Positions 43,894-53,304 of a DNA stretch of 64,000 nucleotides are shown here, one piece after another; positions within the stretch are counted from its first letter, which is position 1; every line of letters begins with the position of its first letter. Below the pieces are notes generated by a model. It made no database searches. It was not told the origin of the DNA and worked only from the letters and a program-made list of their open reading frames with translations. A program made the position numbers and the translations under genes. The DNA lies in NCBI GenBank assembly GCA_005882335.1, contig VBAP01000008.1, forward strand, positions 346 through 64,345, in the 5' to 3' direction. The DNA comes from Candidatus Segetimicrobium genomatis (GTDB lineage Bacteria; Sysuimicrobiota; Sysuimicrobiia; Sysuimicrobiales; Kaftiobacteriaceae).

Positions 43894-43983
43894 GGACGGG
43901 CAGTCGCGCTGTCGGGCAGTCGCGGAACAGCGCAACGGTGGGTATCCGCGACCGCGCGACCGCCTGACTGCGCGACCGCAGCG
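43894..43983. repeat. Intergenic hairpin element. (GGGCAGTCGCG)n on the left and (CGCGACCGC/CTGACTGCGCGACCGC)n on the right. Same word family as 42843-42969.
   Basis: Arms at 43894-43925 and 43945-43983. It lies between the convergent NTase and LuxR genes. Confidence 0.65.
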
Positions 43984-43990
43984 TACTTGA

Positions 43991-44371
43991 TTACAATCGC
44001 CCCGACTCCAGCAGCTTGGCCACCATCGCCGCCCTTGAGCCGACTCCCCACCGCGCGTAGATGCGGCGCAGGTGCGTACACACCGTCCAGACACTGATGG
44101 ATAGCGCCGCGGCGATGGCCTTGGTCGGCAGCCCCTGCGCCACGAGCGAGGCAATCTGTCGCTCCCGCGGGCTGAGTCCCGCGGCGGGTCCGGCCGGTCG
44201 TACCCGGGAGAGCACATAGCGCGCGCCGTCCAGGTCGATCTCGCACAGGACCTCCTCAAGCCGCCCGCTGTCGACGCGCACACGCATGGCGGCACTACCG
44301 GCCGCCTCACCCGCCACCGACCGCAGCAACGACTCGACGTCGTGTCCGTGCATCCCCTGGGCGGTCATGGC
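43991..44371 (-). CDS. LuxR-family HTH transcriptional regulator (short). The start is uncertain.
   Basis: C-terminal LuxR HTH (LSPRERQIASLVAQGLPTKAIAAALSISVWTVCTHLRRIYARWGV). ORF 43991-44569. Confidence 0.55.
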   Translation of the reverse strand, partial: AMTAQGMHGHDVESLLRSVAGEAAGSAAMRVRVDSGRLEEVLCEIDLDGARYVLSRVRPAGPAAGLSPRERQIASLVAQGLPTKAIAAALSISVWTVCTHLRRIYARWGVGSRAAMVAKLLESGRL

Positions 44372-45732
44372 GTGCGGCCTGCGGGCCAGGTGGTCGGGGG
44401 ACCCTGCGGCGCGAACGCCTGCGCAAACCAGTGGGCGGCCTGCTCGGGCTTCTCCAGGCGCATCCACAGGAAACCCAGATCGCGGCAAACCCGGACGACC
44501 TCGCCAGTCATTCCCAGTGCCTGGAACGCCACCGCCGCTTCCTCGTAGCGAACTGCAGCGTCGTCCCACTTACCGGCGGCACCAAGCGCGTCGGCCAGCG
44601 CCGCTTTGGCCCGAGCGACTTCGGCCTCATCATGAATACGCGCGGCCAGTGTGGCAGCGTCCTCCGCCGCACGCTGCGCGCCAACTGCGTCGCCGTCCCG
44701 GGCACGAAGTCGCGCGAGTTCCACGAGCGTCTGCGCCGTCCCCTCGTCGTCGCCGCTCTGGCCGGCCAGCCGCAGGCTGGTTTCCAGATCAGCCCGCGCC
44801 GCAGCCAGCGCGCCTCGTTCAAGATGGAGCATGCCCAGGCTGCGCTTCACCATACCCAGCAGCCGTACGTTCTCATGGATGGCGAACAACTCTGCCGCTT
44901 TCTGCAGCGACTCCCGCGCACGGTCAAAAGATTGCTGCCGCTCCCAGGCCACGCCCACGTTGAAGTACAGCAGGCCGAGGTGGAATGGATCAGCCGCGGC
45001 GACCAACGTCTCGGACGCCTCCCGGAAGTACTCCAACGCCTGGGCGGGCAGACCCAGTTCGACGAAGACGCGGCCAAGGTTGGCGAGCAACTTGCCGTAC
45101 GCTTCCGTGTGTTGCAGTCCTGAGGCGCGCAGTCGCCACAGCGCCTCCTGGAAGATTTCCTGTGCCTCCGAAAACCGGCGTTTGCGAAATGCCAGAAATC
45201 CCATCGCGTTGGCGGCCGCGGCGATCATCTCGGGATCGCCTGAGACGGCGGCCCGTGCCACGGCCGTGCTCAGATGCGCGTGGGCCTCTTCGAACCGGCG
45301 GAGGCCGGCCAGCGCCTGACCCGCGCCGAGTTCGCACCGCGCGTGATCGGCGGCATTCCGAGGCGTGGATACGGCGATGAACGCGTCCAACGCCTCGACG
45401 AAACGATGCTGGCGCAGGAGTGCCTCCGCATACTGCATGCGGAGCTGCGGCCCCGGCCCTTCGTCGAAAAACTGGCTGAGCGGCCTGCCCAGCCGCTCAG
45501 CCAGGATCCTCATCGTCGCAAGCGACGGACGCACCAGATCGTGCTCGACCATGCTGACAAAGCTGATCGAGCATGCCCCACTGGCCAACTCGCGCTGCGT
45601 CATTCCGCGCGATTGGCGCACCGTCCTGATTCGTTGCCCCAGGGTGGCAGCGCCCTTCACCGCCACCGCTGATCGCCGGCGCGTCCTACGTGAACGCATG
45701 CCGCCCTCCACGACGTCACGCGGCAAGCCCAA
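44365..45732 (-). CDS. XRE-family HTH plus TPR-repeat transcriptional regulator
   Basis: N-terminal HTH_XRE (LGQRIRTVRQSRGMTQRELASGACSISFVSMVEHD), followed by about 350 aa of TPR-like repeats. Confidence 0.75.
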   Translation of the reverse strand: MGLPRDVVEGGMRSRRTRRRSAVAVKGAATLGQRIRTVRQSRGMTQRELASGACSISFVSMVEHDLVRPSLATMRILAERLGRPLSQFFDEGPGPQLRMQYAEALLRQHRFVEALDAFIAVSTPRNAADHARCELGAGQALAGLRRFEEAHAHLSTAVARAAVSGDPEMIAAAANAMGFLAFRKRRFSEAQEIFQEALWRLRASGLQHTEAYGKLLANLGRVFVELGLPAQALEYFREASETLVAAADPFHLGLLYFNVGVAWERQQSFDRARESLQKAAELFAIHENVRLLGMVKRSLGMLHLERGALAAARADLETSLRLAGQSGDDEGTAQTLVELARLRARDGDAVGAQRAAEDAATLAARIHDEAEVARAKAALADALGAAGKWDDAAVRYEEAAVAFQALGMTGEVVRVCRDLGFLWMRLEKPEQAAHWFAQAFAPQGPPTTWPAGRTP

Positions 45733-45740
45733 CCGATGGG

Positions 45741-45869
45741 CTAGAGGAGTTCGCCTCCTCCGTGTCCCGCGACCCTAACACGCGCCGCCGCCGACTCCGC
45801 GAACAATCCGGCAGGCTGCGCCGCGAGCAGGATCACCGCCAACAGCACCACTGCCCCGACCTTCCTCAT
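45741..45869 (-). CDS. Candidate small ORF (42 aa, MRKVGAVVLLAVILLAAQPAGLFAESAAARVRVAGHGGGELL) immediately upstream of the XRE-TPR regulator
   Basis: Strong SD (AAAGGAGG) 7 nt upstream. Signal-peptide-like N-terminus. It ends 9 nt before the regulator ATG. Confidence 0.3.
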   Translation of the reverse strand: MRKVGAVVLLAVILLAAQPAGLFAESAAARVRVAGHGGGELL

Positions 45870-46045
45870 GGGAGAGCCTCCTTTCGCCCTCCCATTCGCA
45901 TCCTTCGACCTTGGGACTGAATATCCTGCGGCCCTATTTCAGTAGGAGTGAATCCAGCGCCCAGTGACTCAAACCCGTCACCGAACACCGGTGCGATAGC
46001 AAACGGAGGCATAATTGGAGAGTTGCATCGGCCCGCAATGCCGCC

Positions 46046-46095
46046 GGACGGGAGACAAGAGCCCCGCGATGGGGATCACCGCCAGATCGCGGGGC
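46046..46095 (-). terminator. Rho-independent terminator downstream of cspA (10-bp stem GCCCCGCGAT / ATCGCGGGGC, then a TCTTGTCTCC tail on the minus strand)
   Basis: Read directly from the sequence. Confidence 0.5.
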
Positions 46096-46123
46096 GAGTC
46101 AGAGCCAACAGAGGGGGGAGTAG

Positions 46124-46330
46124 CTAACTGACGGCGTGGACTTTTGTGGCCTGGGGACCCTTCTGCCCCTGCGTGGCCTCAAACTCCACCTTCTGGCCCT
46201 CGCTGAGGGTACGATATCCGGTACCCTCAATGCCAGTATAATGGACAAACAAATCCCGGCCGCCGTCGTCGGGTGTGATGAAGCCATAACCCTTTTCAGC
46301 GTTGAACCACTTCACCGTGCCGGTTGCCAT
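46124..46330 (-). CDS. cspA: Cold-shock protein (CspA family)
   Basis: [34 protein letters not shown], with RNP1/RNP2 motifs. Confidence 0.95.
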   Translation of the reverse strand: MATGTVKWFNAEKGYGFITPDDGGRDLFVHYTGIEGTGYRTLSEGQKVEFEATQGQKGPQATKVHAVS

Positions 46331-46492
46331 CGACTATACCCCTGCCCTTCGTGCTGGTCTATCCGTGGTTGCCCCCCGGACGCTACTACGCTCATCCCCA
46401 TTCCGCGGCTCTTACCGGCAGTCCTGCTCCTTCGGAGGTTGCATCCCACGCAGCACGGAGCCCATCTGCTCAGGAACTGGTGAGCTCAACAT

Positions 46493-47005
46493 TCACCTGA
46501 AGATCTGGGGTTGTCCTGCCGCCAGGGCCGTGTAGTCGATTCGCCAGTGGCCAGACCCGTCTTTGGCGGCCTGCGCCTGGATCGGCGACCGGAGGGCGGA
46601 CTGCCCGCCGTCGGTGCCCACGGTAACCGCCGCGACGAAGGTGGCGCGGGCACGGTCGCCGCTCACCCGGACGCGGATATCTTCCAGCGCGAACTTTAGC
46701 AGCCGGCTGCGATGCAACGGCTGCGGCCACTGTGTGGGGGTGTTGGTCAGAAACCATTCCGCCCATCCCTGCGCGCCTGGATGGCCGGCGTGCGCAAATG
46801 CCTCGTACACCTGAACCAGGGCGTTGGCCACGAGCTCATTGTCGTCGGTCGGGTACCCGGTAAAGACCCCCGCGGTCGCGCCCTGCTGCACCGCCTCAAA
46901 CGCCCAGTGCCAGGGGGGCACATCCACGAAGGCCGATGGACCCTGCGCCCAGGCCGTCCAGGCGGCCAGCGCCACGATCGCGAGCGTTATCGCACACCAC
47001 CGCAT
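46493..47005 (-). CDS. Secreted protein with an N-terminal SLH-like motif
   Basis: Signal peptide, then FVDVPPWHWAFEAVQQGATAGVFTGYP, which resembles an S-layer-homology domain. Confidence 0.45.
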   Translation of the reverse strand: MRWCAITLAIVALAAWTAWAQGPSAFVDVPPWHWAFEAVQQGATAGVFTGYPTDDNELVANALVQVYEAFAHAGHPGAQGWAEWFLTNTPTQWPQPLHRSRLLKFALEDIRVRVSGDRARATFVAAVTVGTDGGQSALRSPIQAQAAKDGSGHWRIDYTALAAGQPQIFR

Positions 47006-47127
47006 AGGCCTCGCCTCCTATCATGTATTGTACTCCTGCCCGGGTGCCGGCGATCCGAGGCGGCCGAATGGCAGGGGCCTGATGCCCGGAGATGGGGACA
47101 CGGGTCCTATCACGAGGCCCCGGCCCA

Positions 47128-47997
47128 TCATGAGCCGAGGACACTCATCCTCGGGTCCAGCGCATCGCGCAAGCCGTCGCCGACCAGATTGAACGCCATC
47201 ACGACGAGAAAGATGGCCAGACCCGGAAACGTCGCGATGAACCAGTAGGAGAGCAGGTAGGTTTGGCCTTCGCCGAGCATCGTCCCCCACTCCGGGGTCG
47301 GTGGCTTCACGCCCAGGCCAAGGAACCCCAACCCGGCGGCGGTCAGGATCGCCACGCCCAGTTGCAGCGTCGACTGCACGATGACCGGCGTCAGGCAGTT
47401 GGGGAGGACGTGGCGAACGATGATGGCCGCATCGCCCGCGCCCAGCGCTTTTGCGGCCTCGACATATGCCTGCTCCCGGATCGAGAGCGTCGCACCCCGG
47501 ACCAGACGGATGTACACCGGCATCGCCGCCGCAGCCACCGACACCACCACGTTGGTCACACCCACACCCAGCACCGCGATGAGGGTGAGCGCAAGCAGGA
47601 ATCCTGGAAAGGCGAGCAGCAGATCCACCCCGCGCTGCACGAGCAGATCCAAGGTGCCCCCGACATACCCCGAGATGACCCCCACGGGAATCCCCGCGGC
47701 GAGCGCCAGCGCGACGGCCAGGGCGCCAATAAGAAAGGAAATTCGGCCGCCATAGGCCACGCGGGTCAACAAATCGCGGCCGAGCTGGTCGGTCCCCAGG
47801 AGGTGCTCGAGCGATGGGGGTTGCAGGACACCGGCGAAGTCAACCTCGTTGGGATCACCCATGAGCAGCGGCGCGGCCAGCGAGGCGGCGAGCAACAACC
47901 CGAGGATGATCAGGCCGGCCGCAGCAGTCTTGCGCCGTTGCAGGCGTTCCCAGGCGGAACGCCCCACGGAAGGGGTACCCCTGACCCCCTCACTCAT
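47128..47997 (-). CDS. Peptide/nickel ABC transporter permease (DppC/OppC-like)
   Basis: Six TM segments and the EAA-like loop (EQAYVEAAKALGAG). Confidence 0.85.
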   Translation of the reverse strand: MSEGVRGTPSVGRSAWERLQRRKTAAAGLIILGLLLAASLAAPLLMGDPNEVDFAGVLQPPSLEHLLGTDQLGRDLLTRVAYGGRISFLIGALAVALALAAGIPVGVISGYVGGTLDLLVQRGVDLLLAFPGFLLALTLIAVLGVGVTNVVVSVAAAAMPVYIRLVRGATLSIREQAYVEAAKALGAGDAAIIVRHVLPNCLTPVIVQSTLQLGVAILTAAGLGFLGLGVKPPTPEWGTMLGEGQTYLLSYWFIATFPGLAIFLVVMAFNLVGDGLRDALDPRMSVLGS

Positions 47998-48922
47998 ACC
48001 GGATGCGCGGGTCGATGGTGACATACAGCAGGTCTGTGACCAGGTTGACCACGACGAACATGGCGGCAAAGACGATCACGATGCCCTGGATGACCGGGTA
48101 GTCCCGCGCGGTGATGGCCGAGACCAACAGCCGTCCGAGCCCCGGCCACGCGAACGTCGTCTCGGTCAACACCGCGCCACCCAACAGCGTGCCAAACTGC
48201 AGCCCTACAACGGTGATCACCGGAATCAACGCGTTGCGCAGGGCGTGGCGGATGATCACGGTCCACTCTCCCATCCCCTTTGCCCGGGCGGTGCGAACAA
48301 AGTCCAGCCCCAGCGTCTCCAGAAGACTCCCGCGGGTCATGCGGGCGACGATCGCCGTGGAGAAGGCCGCCAGGGTCAACGCCGGCAAGACGAGGTGGGC
48401 CGGCGTCCCGATCCCGCCGGCCGGCAGCCAGTGCAGGTGCACCGCGAACAGCAGCATGAGCATGATGCCCAGCCAGAAGACCGGTACGGACACCCCGCCC
48501 AGCGCCACCACCATCACGGAGTAGTCCACCGCTGTGTTGTGGTAGGTGGCCGCCAGCACACCGGCACTCACCCCGGCCGCGACGGCGATCGCTGTGCTGG
48601 TCACCGCGAGCATCATGGTGGCCCGCATGCGAATGCCGATCTCCACGATCACCGGGGTGCGGGTCACCGCCGAAAGCCCGAAATCGCCCGAGAGGACGCC
48701 GGCCAGGAACCGGACATACTGCTCCGGCAGCGGGCGGTCCAGACCCAGTTCGATCCGCAGCCGCTGTACCTCTTCGTCAGACGCCAGCAGGCCCGCGATG
48801 ATCCGCCCGGGATCGCCGGGAATCAGGCGCACCAGCAGGAAGACTGCCAGGGTGACCCCCAGCAGTGTGGGAAGTGCGTATAACACCCGCCGCAGGACAT
48901 AGCGGCCCAGGGGAGCGCGCAT
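47990..48922 (-). CDS. Peptide/nickel ABC transporter permease (DppB/OppB-like)
   Basis: 310 aa starting MRAPLGRYVLRRVLYALPTLLGVTLAVFLL, with the EAA motif region. Confidence 0.85.
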   Translation of the reverse strand: MRAPLGRYVLRRVLYALPTLLGVTLAVFLLVRLIPGDPGRIIAGLLASDEEVQRLRIELGLDRPLPEQYVRFLAGVLSGDFGLSAVTRTPVIVEIGIRMRATMMLAVTSTAIAVAAGVSAGVLAATYHNTAVDYSVMVVALGGVSVPVFWLGIMLMLLFAVHLHWLPAGGIGTPAHLVLPALTLAAFSTAIVARMTRGSLLETLGLDFVRTARAKGMGEWTVIIRHALRNALIPVITVVGLQFGTLLGGAVLTETTFAWPGLGRLLVSAITARDYPVIQGIVIVFAAMFVVVNLVTDLLYVTIDPRIRYE

Positions 48923-49054
48923 TAGAAGGGGATTGCTTCGCGGAAACCCCCGCGTGCCGTGTGGAGTTCCGCTCGCAATGGCCCGCCGCTAGTCAACCTC
49001 GCGATCGGAGGGGATCGCTTCGCTCCGCTCGCGATAACCCGCGCTGCGCGCGGG

Positions 49055-50614
49055 TTACTTCCACGTCGCGTAGATCGCGTCCCACTTCTCAATGGGCGTG
49101 ATGGAGACGCCCTCCAGGTTCTTCACCGTCGCCACGTACCAATTCTGCGCCCACAGGAAGATCCACGGGGCGTCGTTCCAGATCTGTTCCTGGGCGTCGC
49201 GGTACAGCGTCTTCCGCTTTTCCACATCCACCGTGGTACGGGCTTCGTCCAGCCAGGTATCCACCTGCGTGTTCGCATAGAATGCCGGGGCCAGCCCGCG
49301 CGGTGGGTGTTGGGAGGAGTGGAACTGGCCGAAGAGGACCCCGTCGCAGTCGAGCACCACCCATGCCCACCCCAGCACGAACATCTGCAGCCGGGTGCGA
49401 TCCGGCGGCGCGGTGATCTCGGCAACGTAGCTGGGCCATTCCATCGTGCTGACCGATGCACGAATACCCACATTGCGCAGCTGTGCGGCCACGGCCTGCG
49501 CGAACTGGAAGTCCTGGATGTAGCGGCCGGTTGGGGTAAAGAAGTTGATCTCGAAGCCATTGGGATAGCCCGCCTCGACCAGCAACTGTTTGGCCTTGAT
49601 CGGATTGAACGGCCACCCGCCCGCCTGCACCGGACCGTGTCCGAACATCCCGGCCGGACAGGGTGAGTCCACCACCGTGCCCAGGTCAAACAGGACACTG
49701 TTGAGGATGGCCCGCTTGTTGATCGCGTAGTTGAACGCCTGCCTGACGCGCGTGTCGCGGAGCGGTCCCCACTGGGTGTTCAACCCGATGAAGATGACGC
49801 GGTCGGTCGGCGCCTGCACCAATGTGACAGTGGGATTCTGCCGGAGCCGGCGGACATCTGGGGCAGGCGGGAGCATGACCATGTGCACGTCGCCGGCCAG
49901 GAGCATCGTTTCGCGCGTCCCGGCATCGGGTACCACTCGGAACATGACCTCGTCAAAGACCGGAGCCTTGCCCCAGTAACTCGGGGAACGGGTCACCAGA
50001 ATGTGCGTACCGCGCACCCACTCTTTGAACGCGTACGGCCCGGTCCCAGCCCCGGTCGCGTCGCGCACCAGATTCGCAGCGCCAATTTTCTGCGCCGCAA
50101 CCGGCGAGATGATCGCGGTGGTGGTGTAGGTCAGGTTGCTGAGGAACGTCGGGCTGGGCTTGCTCAGCTGAAAGCGCACGGTGGACGCGTCGAGCACCTG
50201 CACCTCTTTGATCGCATCCACCAGGAAGCGCAACGGCACCCGCGTCTTGAGATCCAGCAGCCGGTCAAACGTAAACTTCACCGCCTCGGCGTCAAACGGG
50301 GTGCCATCCTGGAACGTCACGCCCTCCCGGAGCCGGAACAGGTAGGTCAGCCCGTCCCGGCTGACCGTCCAGCTCGTGGCCAACTGGGGCGCCACCTTGC
50401 CGGCGGCGTAGTCGGCGCGCACCAGCGTCTCATAGACATAATCCACCATATTGGCCACGGTCGTCGTCGTCTGACCGGCGGGATCCAGGGTGTCGGCGTC
50501 GATCCCTACGGCGATCCGCAGCGTCTTGGGTGGACCCTGCGCCTGCACCGCCGCCCCGGTCGCCGCCATCAGCGCCGCGACGATCAGCAGCGCGCCCGCA
50601 CGCATCTGTCCCAT
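49055..50614 (-). CDS. ABC transporter substrate-binding protein, family 5 (peptide/nickel). The start was trimmed to MGQMRAG.
   Basis: Signal peptide, SD AGGAG upstream, and an SBP_bac_5-like body. Confidence 0.85.
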   Translation of the reverse strand: MGQMRAGALLIVAALMAATGAAVQAQGPPKTLRIAVGIDADTLDPAGQTTTTVANMVDYVYETLVRADYAAGKVAPQLATSWTVSRDGLTYLFRLREGVTFQDGTPFDAEAVKFTFDRLLDLKTRVPLRFLVDAIKEVQVLDASTVRFQLSKPSPTFLSNLTYTTTAIISPVAAQKIGAANLVRDATGAGTGPYAFKEWVRGTHILVTRSPSYWGKAPVFDEVMFRVVPDAGTRETMLLAGDVHMVMLPPAPDVRRLRQNPTVTLVQAPTDRVIFIGLNTQWGPLRDTRVRQAFNYAINKRAILNSVLFDLGTVVDSPCPAGMFGHGPVQAGGWPFNPIKAKQLLVEAGYPNGFEINFFTPTGRYIQDFQFAQAVAAQLRNVGIRASVSTMEWPSYVAEITAPPDRTRLQMFVLGWAWVVLDCDGVLFGQFHSSQHPPRGLAPAFYANTQVDTWLDEARTTVDVEKRKTLYRDAQEQIWNDAPWIFLWAQNWYVATVKNLEGVSITPIEKWDAIYATWK

Positions 50615-50650
50615 GTTGCGCGTCCCTCCTTGCGCGGCACGTGCGCGAGA

Positions 50651-50858
50651 TTGGTGATTCGTGATTCGAAAACCATCATGGTGTGAAGCGATGCTGGGAC
50701 GTATCACAAAATCACGAATCACGCCCTGCTTTGATACGGGACTCCCGGCACCCATACCTGCCGCCCCCCAGAAAACGCACGAGATCCGGGAACTGGGATC
50801 CGAGTGAGCAGGCACCTGCCGTCTCGGATCCCTGATCCCGGATCCCGTATCCCGCGGG
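50651..50858. repeat. Two hairpin elements in one spacer. (TGATTCG)n / (CGAATCA)n lies at 50651-50725. A nested palindrome, GGGATCCGAG-GCAGGCACCTGC-CTCGGATCCC, followed by a (GATCCC)n tail, lies at 50783-50858.
   Basis: Read directly from the sequence. Spacer between the SBP gene and the STAS gene. Confidence 0.65.
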
Positions 50859-50863
50859 AGGCT

Positions 50864-51214
50864 TTACTGAAACTGCTGCAGTGCGTCGTCCAGAGTCCGG
50901 TGCAACGGAACGGTCTGGTCGACCTGTGTCAGCAACAGGACGCGGCGAATCACCGAGCGCTCGGGCACCACCAGGGCCAGCTGCTGCTGACTGACGCGCA
51001 GGCGTTCAGCCAGCTCCAGGATGAGGTGGACGCCGCGGCTGTCCAGATACGTCGTCTGCGACAGATCCACCACCAGGCCTGGCGCGGTGTTGGGGACGAC
51101 CGCGATGAGCTGGGCCCGGCAATCCGCTACATTGGCCAGGTCGATCTCGCCCTCGGGTGCGGCAATCGGCACGCCGCCCCGCTCTATGACCTTGACCATC
51201 GCCGTCACAGTCAT
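50864..51214 (-). CDS. STAS-domain anti-sigma-factor antagonist (SpoIIAA/RsbV-like)
   Basis: 116 aa with LDSRGVHLILEL, which has a phosphorylatable Ser context. Confidence 0.75.
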   Translation of the reverse strand: MTVTAMVKVIERGGVPIAAPEGEIDLANVADCRAQLIAVVPNTAPGLVVDLSQTTYLDSRGVHLILELAERLRVSQQQLALVVPERSVIRRVLLLTQVDQTVPLHRTLDDALQQFQ

Positions 51215-53304
51215 ACCGTCACCTGCCTTCGCGTACGACGCATTTGAACCGTGGTGCCGTCCGGTCGCGGAGTGACCGTCACGTGCCGCATCAGTTCCTC
51301 GATGAGCCGCAGGCCCCGTCCGCGGTTTAATCCGCGCGGCGGCCGCCAGCGCCCCCAGTCGCGTACGATCATCTCAACTTCCTGGTCGGTCATGGTGCCG
51401 CGTACTTCCAGGTCGCCATCCGCCGCCCCGTAGGCGTGCTCGATGACGTTACTGCACGCTTCACAGCACGCCACGAGGATCTCGTAGGCATCCTCGTCGT
51501 TGGTCTGCGCCGCCTCCATCCACCGCCGCAACGAATGCCGCAGCATCGGCAGCGACGCCGGGACGGCCGGCAGGCGGACGTGGAACCGCGCGGGGTCAGG
51601 GATCTCCGCGCGCAGCGCGAGGAGGGCGACGTCATCCCCGCCTGGACGGCCGCGGGTGACCTCGCCCAGCACACGGTCCACCAGCTCATCGAGATCCTCA
51701 GCGGGGGCTGAGGCGACAGCGTGATGCAGCCGGGCCAGGCCGTCGTCAATCGACGCGCCGCGCACCTCGATCAGCCCATCGGTATAGAGGAGGAGCGTGG
51801 TGCCGGGCCACAGTTGCGCCGACTGCTCATGGTAGGATGGCATCCGGAGCGCGCCCAACGGCGGGGCGCCGCCTTCGAGGTAGGAGGCCCGACCATCAGG
51901 CGCCACAGCCAGCGGCGGCGGGTGGCCGGCGTTGGTAAAGCGCACGGTTTGGGTGGCCGGATCGAAGATGAGGTACACCAGCGTGGCCATCTCACCGGGT
52001 TCGATCAGCAGGGCGAGTCGCTGCATCACCTCGGCCGGACTGTATCCTTCCACCGCGTAGGCCCGCAGCGCACTGCGGAGTTCAGCCATCAACGCGGCCA
52101 CACGCACACCCCGTCCGGCGACATCGCCCATCACCAGCCCTACCGTGCCGCGCGGCAGCGGGAAGAGATCGTACCAGTCGCCGCCGACCGCCTCCGGGCT
52201 GGCGGCCAGGTACCGGGCGGCGGCGGCAAGACCAGGGATCAAGGGAAGTCGCTGCGGGAGCAGGCTCCGCTGCAGCGTTTCCGCGATGCGCCGCTCTTGC
52301 TCATAGAGCCTCGCGTTGTCGATGGCCAGCGCCGCCCGGCGGGCCAGTTCTTCAGCCAGGGCCAGGTCGTCCCGCGTGTAATGGCGATTGGACTCGGCGG
52401 TGAGGAACGCGATCACGCCCAGCGTGCGGCCGCGCGCTACCAGCGGCACGATGATCAACGAGGTGGAGCCCAGCGTTCGGGCCACGCTGAGCTCCTCGGT
52501 ATGATCACCCAATCCGCGGATCCACTCCGCGGAAATCTCCGGCACGAGCAATGCCTGGCCGGTGCGCAGCACCGTCGCCGTGGGCTCAGACGCGACGGCG
52601 TTAAATGGATACCGCTCCAAGAGCTTCCGGAGCCGCTGCTCCTTGGAGGGCTCGGCGTGGACAACTTCCACGCGGCGCACCTGACCGTCGGATTCAGCCA
52701 GCGACGTGATGCACATGTCGGCCAGGCGCGGGACGGCCAGCCGTGCGATGCTCCTCAGCGTGGCCTCCGAATCGAGCGACGCGGTGAGGATGCGGCTGGC
52801 GTCGGCCAGGAACTGCAGTTCACGGGTGCGCTCCCGGACGGTTTGCTCCAGGTCGCTGGTGCGCTGCTCCAGCGTGCGCTGCTGTTCATCCAGCTGGCGC
52901 TTGTACTGCCTGGCCTGCATGGCACGGATGAGGGAGGCGACGAAGTACTCACGGTCAATGGGCTTTTGGATGAAGTCGTAGGCGCCGCCGCGCAGCGCCT
53001 GCACGGCAAGATCGTGCTCACCGTGTCCGGTAATCAGCAACGTCGGCGTGTCCGGCCGTAACGCCCTGATCTGCGCCAGCAGCGTCAGGCCATCGGTGCC
53101 GGGCATCTTGATGTCGGTGACGATGGCCTCGTAGTCAACCTCCGCGATGCGCTGCAGGGCCCGCCCCGCGGAATCGCAGGTCTCGATGCTCACCCCGTCC
53201 ATCCGCAACTGCAGCGCCTCCGGGAGCGCCTGCAGCAGCACGGGATCGTCGTCAACGAGAAGAATGAGTTTTGTGGAGACCCGTTCAGGAGCCTCCACAA
53301 TCAT
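51211..53304 (-). CDS. Fusion protein: REC, GAF, PP2C (SpoIIE-type) phosphatase and an RsbW-like anti-sigma kinase (HATPase_c_2)
   Basis: 697 aa with ATGA overlaps on both sides. REC (LLVDDDPVLL...VTDIKMPGTDG). The PP2C region has DVAGRGV. The C-terminal part is CCEACSNVIEHAY. Confidence 0.8.
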   Translation of the reverse strand: MIVEAPERVSTKLILLVDDDPVLLQALPEALQLRMDGVSIETCDSAGRALQRIAEVDYEAIVTDIKMPGTDGLTLLAQIRALRPDTPTLLITGHGEHDLAVQALRGGAYDFIQKPIDREYFVASLIRAMQARQYKRQLDEQQRTLEQRTSDLEQTVRERTRELQFLADASRILTASLDSEATLRSIARLAVPRLADMCITSLAESDGQVRRVEVVHAEPSKEQRLRKLLERYPFNAVASEPTATVLRTGQALLVPEISAEWIRGLGDHTEELSVARTLGSTSLIIVPLVARGRTLGVIAFLTAESNRHYTRDDLALAEELARRAALAIDNARLYEQERRIAETLQRSLLPQRLPLIPGLAAAARYLAASPEAVGGDWYDLFPLPRGTVGLVMGDVAGRGVRVAALMAELRSALRAYAVEGYSPAEVMQRLALLIEPGEMATLVYLIFDPATQTVRFTNAGHPPPLAVAPDGRASYLEGGAPPLGALRMPSYHEQSAQLWPGTTLLLYTDGLIEVRGASIDDGLARLHHAVASAPAEDLDELVDRVLGEVTRGRPGGDDVALLALRAEIPDPARFHVRLPAVPASLPMLRHSLRRWMEAAQTNDEDAYEILVACCEACSNVIEHAYGAADGDLEVRGTMTDQEVEMIVRDWGRWRPPRGLNRGRGLRLIEELMRHVTVTPRPDGTTVQMRRTRRQVTV

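Noticed and set aside
45900-46120. tRNA or small RNA gene in the cspA downstream spacer
   Set aside because: No cloverleaf-compatible acceptor and anticodon stems were found. The conspicuous hairpin is better explained as the cspA terminator.
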